Source: Candidatus Jordarchaeales archaeon (GTDB lineage: Archaea > Asgardarchaeota > Jordiarchaeia > Jordiarchaeales > Freyrarchaeaceae). From it: a DNA stretch of 8,204 nucleotides. Both the position numbers and the translations under genes were made by a program. Location: positions 1 through 8,204 of the forward strand of contig JAWCFL010000056.1 in assembly GCA_038858525.1 (NCBI GenBank). Reading direction: 5' to 3'. A model generated the notes under the pieces. It was not told the origin of the DNA and ran no database searches. It saw only the letters and a list, made by a program, of their open reading frames with translations. This document shows positions 1-7,356 of this stretch, one piece after another (the first letter of the stretch is position 1; every line of letters begins with the position of its first letter).

Positions 1-75
1 TGCGTGTCGTTGCCAAGGTTGGAACCCCAAGGATTAATTGGGACTTGGGGAATATATTTGGCAGTGTGTCTTCTA

Positions 76-102
76 TTTCCAGTGTTTCCACTGTTTCCAG
101 TG
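76..102 (+). repeat. 3 x 9-bp tandem repeat TTTCCA(G/C)TG upstream of purM
   Basis: TTTCCAGTG (76-84), TTTCCACTG (85-93), TTTCCAGTG (94-102), followed by CCCTCCCCC. Confidence 0.85.
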
Positions 103-178
103 CCCTCCCCCGTTTTCGTCAAACTTAAAAATGAGTGCTACAGTATGGCGAGTGGTGTTCTGTTTGAACGGCAGCAAA

Positions 179-1237
179 ATGACGTATAAGGATGCTGGCG
201 TGGATGTTGATAGGGCTAGGAGAGTCCACCAAGAGATTGGTGTACTTGTCGAAAAAACGTTCGCCTTCAGGAAGGGGAGGTTCGGGGAGGTTTTGGGCAA
301 GTTTGGGCACTACGCTAACCTGATAGATGTTGGTGGTGGGAGGGCTCTGGCACTTCACAGTGACGGGGTAGGAACGAAGGTTCTGGTAGCTCAACTGATG
401 GATAAGTACGACACGGTCGGCATAGACTGCGTTGCCATGAATGCTAACGATTTAATATGCATTGGAGCGGAGCCCGTAGCTTTAATTGACTACTTGGCTG
501 TCGAGGAGCCAAGGGAGGAAATGATCTCAGAGATAATGAGGGGGCTTGTCGCCGGGGCAGAGGAGGCGGGGATGGCTATTGTTGGAGGGGAAACAGCTAT
601 AATGCCGGGCGTTATAAAGGGCGCTGTTCCGGGGAAGGGGTTTGACCTTTCGGCGGCAAGCGTAGGAGTAGTGGAAGTTAACAAGATTGTGACGGGAGCA
701 GCTATGAAGCCGGGAGACGTGGTCGTGGGGATAGAAAGTAGCGGAGTACACTCGAACGGTATCACCTTGGCGAGGAAAGTGCTCCTCGAAATGAAGGGAT
801 TAAGCGTTCATGACAGGCTTCCGATCTCTGGTGAAAGGGTTGGAGAGGCACTCTTAAGGCCGACGAGAATTTACGTTAAACCTGTATTGGAGGCTTTGAG
901 TGTAGCTGAGGTCCACGGCTTAGGGCATGTGACGGGGGGCGCTTTTAGTAAGCTTAACAGGATCTGCATGGGACAAGTGGGATTACTTTTAGACCAAATG
1001 CCTGAGCCACACCCAGTCTTTCTAGACATACAGGAAGCGGGAAACGTTGACGAGAAGGAAATGTATCGAACGTTCAACATGGGAGTTGGATTTGTGATCG
1101 TGACGAGCAAAGAAACTGTAGGAGACGCCATTGAAGCCTGCAAGAAGCACGGGGTAAACGCAAACGTTATAGGAAGAGTCGTTGATGAAAAGGGGGTAAA
1201 GATAGTTACACCAAAAGGAAGAACCATCGATTTATAG
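179..1237 (+). CDS. purM: Phosphoribosylformylglycinamidine cyclo-ligase (AIR synthetase), 352 aa
   Basis: PurM motifs in order: MTYKDAGVDVD, SDGVGTK, DCVAMNANDL, GGETAIMPG, SSGVHSNG, HVTGGAF, MYRTFNMGVG. The family N-terminus places the start at ATG 179; the ORF-track extension from 38 is not PurM-like. Confidence 0.97.
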   Translation: MTYKDAGVDVDRARRVHQEIGVLVEKTFAFRKGRFGEVLGKFGHYANLIDVGGGRALALHSDGVGTKVLVAQLMDKYDTVGIDCVAMNANDLICIGAEPVALIDYLAVEEPREEMISEIMRGLVAGAEEAGMAIVGGETAIMPGVIKGAVPGKGFDLSAASVGVVEVNKIVTGAAMKPGDVVVGIESSGVHSNGITLARKVLLEMKGLSVHDRLPISGERVGEALLRPTRIYVKPVLEALSVAEVHGLGHVTGGAFSKLNRICMGQVGLLLDQMPEPHPVFLDIQEAGNVDEKEMYRTFNMGVGFVIVTSKETVGDAIEACKKHGVNANVIGRVVDEKGVKIVTPKGRTIDL

Positions 1238-1254
1238 CTCGGGAAGGATAAAAC

Positions 1255-3315
1255 ATGAGTAGGAGTGGTGTAAGCTGGGTCAGCTTCGCAGCCAGCCTGC
1301 TCGGGCGAGGCAACGTTAAAATGTGGAGCAAAGATGAACTTAACGCCTCGCTCCTCCTCTTCGGAGACGTCTTAACCAAGCTCCTCCTCTTAGGATCAAT
1401 TCTTCCCATCTTGTGGCATACAGACTATCTTCCGGCATGGTACCTCTCAGCGGTTGCCGGAGTATACCATGCACCTTTCACGCTTACGGGAATTATGACC
1501 ATTCAGGGAGTGCAGATTCCAGTCGTTGTTACGGAGGGTTATCCTCTCCCTCCAGACCTCCAAATCTATGCACCCCACACACCGTGGACGCTAATATCAG
1601 CTCTCATCTCATCAAGCGCCTTTGCGACCCTAGTGGGAGGACTAGCCTACAGTTACTACGCTTACCATAAAACCGTCGAGACTGGAAAAGACTTCACAGC
1701 CCCACCATTCGGCCCAAGCCTCCCGGCAGCATTCCTGATACTAATAGGCGTCGTGGCTGCTGCCCAAAACCTCCTCGGCTTAGACATCTACACCGCTGTC
1801 TCGATAGCTATAACAGCCAACATCGCGTGCTCAATCATAGAAGCAATAATCGCCCTTATCGTAGTGGAGCGCATCAAGGGGCGTCTCCCACTTCCCGGAG
1901 TCCTCGGAGCCGCGGCAGGCATAGGATTCGCATGGATCATCGTCGGGCTCTTCAGCTTCGCAGCGGGAACACCTATAGGCGGAGTCTACGGGGCGACAGG
2001 TAACTGGCCTCAGCTTAGCCCTGCGATAGGATTGATCGTAACCGTCATGCTACTAAGTGGACTGTTATTCAAAAAGCACAGCAGGGTTCCGCCAGCTCTG
2101 GCCGCGTTGGCGATAGGCGTAATTCTGGTGGTAGCCAGCACCGTTTACGCAGGTTCAGGTGCAGGCGACTCATACCTTTACTTTAGGGAGGTTTGGGTGA
2201 GCGTCTTCGGCGGGATTGGACCCCAGTTCCTGCTAGCTTACATGTTAGGGCTTGATCCAACACCGTACGTTCACTTAGGCTGCTTCACGGCGATGTTCCC
2301 ATCGCTCCGCCTTGAATTTCTGGGAAGAGGACTTGAAGCGCTCCCATTGATCTTAGCCGTAGTCGTCCCGATTCAGGTTTACGACGTAGTGGAGAGTTAC
2401 GCCAACACGAAGGCGTGCAACCTTGAACTGGCGCGCAGAATAGGGATCAGTAGCGATGAGATTGAGAGGTGGACGGAGGAAAACGGATATTCTCCCTCAA
2501 AAATAATGCTGATAGATGCTCTTGCAAGCCTAATTAGTGTTCCTCTCGGAGGATGGGTTCCAACAGTCAACTACGTGGGCTCGGCGGGATATGTGAGGAC
2601 AGGTGCTAGAGCAGGATACCCTGTGCTGGCAGGATTACTCCTGATTTCTTTAACATGGACGGGCGTATTCTACCTCGTCCCCATGTTTCTACCCATTTCC
2701 GTAACGGCACCAATACTTCTGTTCATAGGCGGAGTAACCGTTGTTCAGGCGTTCAGAGAAGTTCATGAGGCAAACATAAAGGAAGGAGAAAAAATTTGGG
2801 GAGACTTATTCGCCGTATGCCTAGCGATGACGCCGCAGTTCTTCTCGTCGATAGCCAGCATGTTAGCCCTCAACTTCAGCCTGTCATTAACTGAAACCCC
2901 GATGAGCATGGCTCTCTCACCCTACAAGTTGCTAAACGACGTTTTCTACTTCGCCTACGAGTTTGACGGCTTAATCCTCAAGGTGCCATACGCGAAGCTT
3001 CTCGGAGCATATGGATACTGCGTAAACACAACATTCAACTACGCGTCGCTCATAACGGGATGGTCAGGGATGCTGTTCCTAGGCCTAAACGCGAGCTTGA
3101 TAGGACTTATTTGGGGGAGCATAGCTTCTGACTTGAACCATGAAAGGTTTAACCGCGCCGCAAAAACATCAATCGTTGCAGCCGTGTTATCGCTTTTGGG
3201 AGTTATGCATTCGTATTCCGTTCCACTATCAGGCCTTGAACTCTTCTCCACTCTCCCATGGGCACTGGCGTACTTAGCGGTGGCTGCATTAATTTTCTTT
3301 AGAAGACGGAAGTAG
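1255..3315 (+). CDS. NCS2 / AzgA(AGZA)-like nucleobase (probably purine) permease, 686 aa
   Basis: More than 12 hydrophobic segments. Recognisable family segments: LVGGLAYSYYAY..G.DFTAPPFGP, IEAIIALIVVERIK.RLP, VVVPIQVYDVVESYAN, LGGWVPTVNYVGSAGY..TGARAGY, APILLFIG. GGAAGGA RBS lies in the 17-bp gap after purM. Substrate is inferred from family and context. Confidence 0.75.
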   Translation: MSRSGVSWVSFAASLLGRGNVKMWSKDELNASLLLFGDVLTKLLLLGSILPILWHTDYLPAWYLSAVAGVYHAPFTLTGIMTIQGVQIPVVVTEGYPLPPDLQIYAPHTPWTLISALISSSAFATLVGGLAYSYYAYHKTVETGKDFTAPPFGPSLPAAFLILIGVVAAAQNLLGLDIYTAVSIAITANIACSIIEAIIALIVVERIKGRLPLPGVLGAAAGIGFAWIIVGLFSFAAGTPIGGVYGATGNWPQLSPAIGLIVTVMLLSGLLFKKHSRVPPALAALAIGVILVVASTVYAGSGAGDSYLYFREVWVSVFGGIGPQFLLAYMLGLDPTPYVHLGCFTAMFPSLRLEFLGRGLEALPLILAVVVPIQVYDVVESYANTKACNLELARRIGISSDEIERWTEENGYSPSKIMLIDALASLISVPLGGWVPTVNYVGSAGYVRTGARAGYPVLAGLLLISLTWTGVFYLVPMFLPISVTAPILLFIGGVTVVQAFREVHEANIKEGEKIWGDLFAVCLAMTPQFFSSIASMLALNFSLSLTETPMSMALSPYKLLNDVFYFAYEFDGLILKVPYAKLLGAYGYCVNTTFNYASLITGWSGMLFLGLNASLIGLIWGSIASDLNHERFNRAAKTSIVAAVLSLLGVMHSYSVPLSGLELFSTLPWALAYLAVAALIFFRRRK

Positions 3316-4209
3316 ACAGCTGGCTTCACCCTGCAAAGAGAAGATGGAATCGCTTTTTCCATCATTTCTCCCGTTAGAGACTAGAGTAGTTAATGGGTAA
3401 ACCTCGCTTAGCGCCGCTTCGAGGAAAAGCGAGTTGAGGGGGGTCATTTTGAGGGAGGGAGATGCAGCGCCAGAGGCAACGAGTATCCTGAGAGCCTCTT
3501 TCAGTCTGATGTCTGATGTGCCGTTCATGTAGACTCTGAGCGGGCTTCTGAGAAGGTATAGGGCGGCGTCTTGTAACCCTTTTCTTCTCAGTTCCTGAAG
3601 AGCGAGACTACAGCTTCTCGGCGGAGGAGGAGTAGCCCACACGAACGTGTCTTTTCCCACACCTTGAAGGTATATGATGCGGTTGTCGTAAAGCGTCTTC
3701 AGCACTTTTCTAGGGTTGGAGAAAAGCTTGCTTGAGACCCTTAAAACCAAGTTGACGTTAATTCCCGGTGGCATGTGAAGTATGAGGTCATAGAGCGCCC
3801 TAGCGTCCTTCCAATCGTCGTGCTCCCCTTTAAGAAGGCCACCACTGGTGACTGTAGCAGTAAGCTTTCCATCAGAAACAATGAATTTTCCAGCCGACTC
3901 AAGAAAAATTTTGCTTATCTTCTCCGCCTCGTCACCTGAAACCTTAGCCACTTCCTTTATGAGCCTTGGTAGTTCGGCTGGCACTTGAAGTAGCCTGAGA
4001 AGCCGGGCAGTAAGAGCGTACGTTTTTCCCATGAAGAACACGTCTATGTGCCTTCTTGCCTCGTAGGCGGGGAGACGCAACTCTCCACAACTAAATTTCC
4101 TGTTAAAGGAGTCAAGAAAAATTGCTCTCACGGGTCCAGCAAAGGAGGCGTTAATCGAAGCAGAGAAGGATACGGCGTCCCTGCAAGCTCGCGTAGAGCT
4201 AACAAGCAA
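3289..4209 (-). CDS. Hypothetical protein, 306 aa, third gene of the herA-nurA operon; possibly tandem degenerate winged-helix domains
   Basis: Fills the gap between nurA and the permease. TTG start 3 nt after the nurA TGA with a GGAGGGGGG RBS upstream; globular composition. No family recognised. The last 27 bp overlap the permease stop convergently. Confidence 0.8.
   Translation of the reverse strand: MLVSSTRACRDAVSFSASINASFAGPVRAIFLDSFNRKFSCGELRLPAYEARRHIDVFFMGKTYALTARLLRLLQVPAELPRLIKEVAKVSGDEAEKISKIFLESAGKFIVSDGKLTATVTSGGLLKGEHDDWKDARALYDLILHMPPGINVNLVLRVSSKLFSNPRKVLKTLYDNRIIYLQGVGKDTFVWATPPPPRSCSLALQELRRKGLQDAALYLLRSPLRVYMNGTSDIRLKEALRILVASGAASPSLKMTPLNSLFLEAALSEVYPLTTLVSNGRNDGKSDSIFSLQGEASCLLPSSKEN
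3338..3370. terminator. Stem-loop at the convergent junction; possible terminator or 3'-end structure
   Basis: GAGAA-GATGGAA (3338-3349), loop TCGCTTT, TTCCATC-AT-TTCTC (3357-3370): a 7-bp perfect stem plus 5 bp beyond a 2-nt bulge, beginning 23 nt after the permease stop. Confidence 0.35.
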
Positions 4210-4212
4210 TGC

Positions 4213-5406
4213 TCAGACCCCCCTCCCCCTCTTACCCCAGACGGCCTCTAGGCCGTGTTTAGGCTTAAACATCCTGTAGAAGACCTTTGCTTCGACACCA
4301 TTCCTCCTAGCTATCTTGATTATTCTGGTGAAGAACTCGTCAGTTAGAAAGTCAAGTAGGGGATCCTCAACGAGACTGAAGGCGTGCGCGAACTCTAACG
4401 GCCAGGGAACATTGTTCACGTTGCTTGCCTGATAATAAATAGCTGAGCAGACATACTCGAAGAGCCGCTCATCCTCCACTATGCTCCGGTGAACTTCAAC
4501 TCTTATTGGCATAGCATCATTTGGCTTAAAGTAAAAGAAGCGCATGTCTGATATGAAGTTCGCATAGTTCCCGCCGAATATCTTTCTCTTCGCCAAGTCA
4601 TCCCAGAGCTTGCTCTTGCTGGGGGACGTGATAACCAGTTTCCTCTCTCCGTTTTTGCCGGATGCTGGGAGGAGCGGGTCGAGAAGGGCTACGTCGCTAA
4701 CCCTGCCATAAAAACCTATTGATTCCGGAAGTTGAGACGAGCTTGAAATAAGCTCTGTCGAGTGAGGTGCTTTGACTATGCAGGCATGAGGGCGATCCAT
4801 GAGCTTTTCAGCCAATACGTCGGCTATTCCCCCCTCTCCATATATTCTTCTGAAAACCCTTTCATACTCCTTCTGGACTTCTCTCGAGACTCTATACTCG
4901 CGTGCGAATGGCCTATAGAACGGAAGAAGGGCATGGTGTGGGAGAATCGGGCCGTCAAGGAGGACTAAGTCACAGTTGTGGGAGTGAAGGGCGTCAAGCG
5001 CCACCAGTCGTTCAAGATACTGGCGTGAGATCGCTTCAACCCTTTCCAAGTCCTCGTCCACCATTCCTATGGTGGGAATGCACTTGGCTGCGACGCGGGG
5101 ACTATAAACAAGCGGGTTATCGCATTTAAAGAAGACAGCCACAGCCGATACCACTATAAGCGACAACCCAGCTCTTTCACTTCTGTTCGACGAGCCATCA
5201 ATACCAACAGTTAGTGCTTCCTTGGCTGCAGGGTTAACGTTCAGCTCGACAAGCTTCAAGTCTCCCCTAAAGGTCTCAATTCCCCTTATCATTGAAATGT
5301 ATGCGTTATAGAAACGCTCGGCTTCGTCTCCCAGTATTTTTAGCGCTTCATAAAATAACTGGCCCTTTTGAAGTTCTCTTTCTTCGAGTATTTTAAGAAG
5401 GTTCAA
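4213..5406 (-). CDS. nurA: NurA-family nuclease (RNase H-like fold), ~397 aa
   Basis: NurA motifs: VGIDGS (catalytic Asp), YLERLVAL (Glu), LVLLDGP (second Asp), CIVKAPHS (Lys), MPIRVEV, VPWPLEFAH (His). Likely start TTG 5406 behind GGAGGGGGTG, overlapping the herA stop; the ORF track starts at 5445. Orthology to the mre11/rad50-linked NurA is not established. Confidence 0.88.
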   Translation of the reverse strand: MNLLKILEERELQKGQLFYEALKILGDEAERFYNAYISMIRGIETFRGDLKLVELNVNPAAKEALTVGIDGSSNRSERAGLSLIVVSAVAVFFKCDNPLVYSPRVAAKCIPTIGMVDEDLERVEAISRQYLERLVALDALHSHNCDLVLLDGPILPHHALLPFYRPFAREYRVSREVQKEYERVFRRIYGEGGIADVLAEKLMDRPHACIVKAPHSTELISSSSQLPESIGFYGRVSDVALLDPLLPASGKNGERKLVITSPSKSKLWDDLAKRKIFGGNYANFISDMRFFYFKPNDAMPIRVEVHRSIVEDERLFEYVCSAIYYQASNVNNVPWPLEFAHAFSLVEDPLLDFLTDEFFTRIIKIARRNGVEAKVFYRMFKPKHGLEAVWGKRGRGV

Positions 5407-7003
5407 GACGCGCCACCCCCTCCGCGAACTCCTCATGAAGCTCAAAGACTGTCTTGCGGCCGTATCCGAGCCTTATATCCCCCTTATCAATGGACACGCA
5501 TACCGGCTCCCTTATCGGGGTAGCCATCCCGGCAACCAGAAACTCCCCCACTCCCAGCCTCGGAAGGATACCCTTTATCTCAGGGAAGTCTGTGTACCCC
5601 TCTATAGCACTCATATCGCTAGCGGCAGTAAGGCAGCCGCAAAATAAAGTGCAAAGATTCGAAAAAACAGCCTTGGAAATTCTCGATATACGCTGGTTAA
5701 CTATGGTCAAGTTAGCCCCAAACTTCCTCCCCTCCTCCGAAAGGCTGGTTATCTTCCCCAAGCAGAGGAACGGCTTCCCAACAATGACCTGCGAGTAAGC
5801 TCCCCCGGTTTCCGGAATGTAATTTTTAGCTTCATCTATCACTAGGTGTATGGGGAGACGCTTCTTGAGTATCAGGTCGGCGATTGTCCCCAGCTTCGCC
5901 TGCCTCGCCTCGAGAGGATCCTGAGAAGCATCAATCACGAGTATCCTGTTAGCTGCAAGCTTCCAAACCTTAGAGTAATCATCAATGCTACTGCCATTAA
6001 AGAAGCAGGATCCAAGCATCTTTATCCGTTTCTCTATAGCAACGCTCCAAGTCCTACTAGACTGGTCCTTACTATAAAACTCCTTAAGCCAATCGTTGAC
6101 GTAGTTCATGAATACACTCGAGTCGAGCCCAACTTCCCCCGCCAAGAAGTCCATCATGAAGAGATCGGCCGCCACCTCAACCGCCTTACGAGCCTGGGAA
6201 GGAAGCACGTCAAGCATCAGAAGCTTAACAAGGTCGCCCGAGTCTGTAGGAACAACAGGTAGATCAGAGCTCTGAAGCACCTCAAACCTACTGCAAAGCT
6301 CACCGAGATTTCCAGTAGCATACTCCCCCGTGTGATCCCAGACAAGGACATTAATCTTCTTCGACAAAGAGGATAAACCAACCAAGAAGGATGCAGCAGT
6401 CACGCTCTTCCCCATGCCAATACGGGCGAATATTCCCACACCAAGCCTCAAAATGGCAGAAGCGTCAACCTCCACAGAATAGTCCGTCTCCCTTATTCGG
6501 CCTATCTCGAAGTACTCGTCCTCCCTCGAAGGATCCTTGAAAAGCAAACGGTAATCTTCCTTACTGGCCACATAAACAGGGGAGCACGGTTTCGGCGGAT
6601 GAGCAATGCTCGCGACGCCAGGACCGACGGGTTTGCCATAAATCCTCAGCTCTCCATATTTAAGGTTCTGCTCAAGCTGAGGGATCTCACCGTAAATACT
6701 TGAAAAGTAGTTTAATACATCAGTTGTTGCCCCCCTAGTGGCGGCGTTAAGACCAGTAACCAACCCTATAACTTTAACCCCACCATGCCTAATCGTTAAA
6801 AGTTGCCCCTCGTACACATACTCGTCAGCATAGTCGAAAACCGCAAAGTTGCAGACCTTCGTGCTCGTCGGGCTTACGATAAATCCGACAGGAACTTCCC
6901 CCTTGAGAATCTGCTCTTTAGACCTCACATAGTCGTAATCCTCAACTTCTGAGCTCATGAATGCGCGCAAGAGCGCAGGATCGAAATTGTCTCCCAGAGA
7001 CAA
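5393..7003 (-). CDS. herA: HerA/FtsK-family ATPase with N-terminal HAS barrel, 536 aa
   Basis: HAS barrel (VGFIVS...EGQLLTI...VIGLV...PPKPCSPVY), IGRI strand, Walker A ARIGMGKS (6404-6427), VWDHTGEY, Walker B LVIDEAK (DEAK at 5825-5836), arginine-finger EGRKFG, sensor NQR, C-terminal LPRLGVGE. Start TTG 7003; alternative ATG 6958. Confidence 0.92.
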   Translation of the reverse strand: MSLGDNFDPALLRAFMSSEVEDYDYVRSKEQILKGEVPVGFIVSPTSTKVCNFAVFDYADEYVYEGQLLTIRHGGVKVIGLVTGLNAATRGATTDVLNYFSSIYGEIPQLEQNLKYGELRIYGKPVGPGVASIAHPPKPCSPVYVASKEDYRLLFKDPSREDEYFEIGRIRETDYSVEVDASAILRLGVGIFARIGMGKSVTAASFLVGLSSLSKKINVLVWDHTGEYATGNLGELCSRFEVLQSSDLPVVPTDSGDLVKLLMLDVLPSQARKAVEVAADLFMMDFLAGEVGLDSSVFMNYVNDWLKEFYSKDQSSRTWSVAIEKRIKMLGSCFFNGSSIDDYSKVWKLAANRILVIDASQDPLEARQAKLGTIADLILKKRLPIHLVIDEAKNYIPETGGAYSQVIVGKPFLCLGKITSLSEEGRKFGANLTIVNQRISRISKAVFSNLCTLFCGCLTAASDMSAIEGYTDFPEIKGILPRLGVGEFLVAGMATPIREPVCVSIDKGDIRLGYGRKTVFELHEEFAEGVARLEPS

Positions 7004-7093
7004 AGGACCAACCCCAGCAGACTACATAATAACTCAACTAACCATACAAACTACAAATAAATTTATTACTAATGGAAGTATATCCTATCATGA

Positions 7094-7109
7094 TATATAA
7101 ATTTTTTCC
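7094..7109 (-). promoter_or_regulatory. Candidate BRE/TATA promoter of the herA operon
   Basis: The minus strand reads GGAAAAAA-TTTATATA (purine-rich BRE then TATA box), ~90 nt upstream of the herA TTG. Confidence 0.6.
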
Positions 7110-7291
7110 TTTTTTTGTGATAGTATTGCCTTAAAAAAATTAATTATTTCGTCATGTGGTCGTATGGAAGGAGAATGTTTCTCAGAGTGCCGGAAAGGAT
7201 TCACAGGAGTTAGGTAAGATTTCGGTTTATTGTTCCTATTATAGTATAATAAATTAACGGGATTTTCGTGATAGGAACAGTCATGTTTAGA

Positions 7292-7306
7292 GGAAAAACT
7301 TATAAG
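7292..7306 (+). promoter_or_regulatory. Candidate BRE/TATA promoter of the wHTH cluster
   Basis: GGAAAAA-CTTATAAG; predicts a transcription start near 7330. The box sits in a near-palindrome (AAAAAC-TTATAA-GGTTTTT). Confidence 0.5.
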
Positions 7307-7356
7307 GTTTTTTGTGTATTGATTCTATCAAATAACTTCCGATTTTATTTTTTTGA

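Noticed and set aside
76-102. CRISPR array or bona fide oriC interpretation of the repeats
   Set aside because: The units are 9 bp with no spacers and no cas genes. The ORB dyad is incomplete and there is no adjacent AT-rich unwinding element or cdc6 in the window.
38-178. N-terminal extension of the purM ORF containing CxxCxxC (QCFHCFQC), which looks like an Fe-S or radical-SAM motif
   Set aside because: The motif is just the translation of the 9-bp DNA repeat. PurM homology starts at MTYKDAG (179), and a TATA-like box lies inside the extension.
4-1227. Short ORFs 4-189, 73-300, 125-394, 490-765, 527-751 and 871-1227
   Set aside because: Shadow or antisense frames of purM and its leader, with no motifs.
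1255-3315. C-rich coding strand of the permease versus G-rich coding strands elsewhere, as a possible sign of horizontal transfer
   Set aside because: Largely explained by Leu/Ala/Pro/Ile-rich membrane-protein composition; a codon-usage test would be needed.
1206-6262. ORFs 1206-1409, 1413-1670, 3039-3365, 4048-4251, 4762-4968, 4902-5129, 5435-5647, 5454-5798 and 5846-6262
   Set aside because: Each overlaps, entirely or largely, a longer well-supported gene in another frame or strand, and none has a recognisable domain.
5393-7003. CedB/VirB4 DNA-import or conjugation ATPase assignment
   Set aside because: There is no transmembrane anchor and no adjacent CedA or T4SS membrane genes; the HAS barrel and coupled NurA point to the HerA-NurA type.
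7154-7217. Micro-ORFs MWSYGRRMFLRVPERIHRS (ATG 7154) and MEGECFSECRKGFTGVR (ATG 7164) in the intergenic island
   Set aside because: Under 20 aa with no properly spaced RBS; they cannot be supported without conservation or Ribo-seq.
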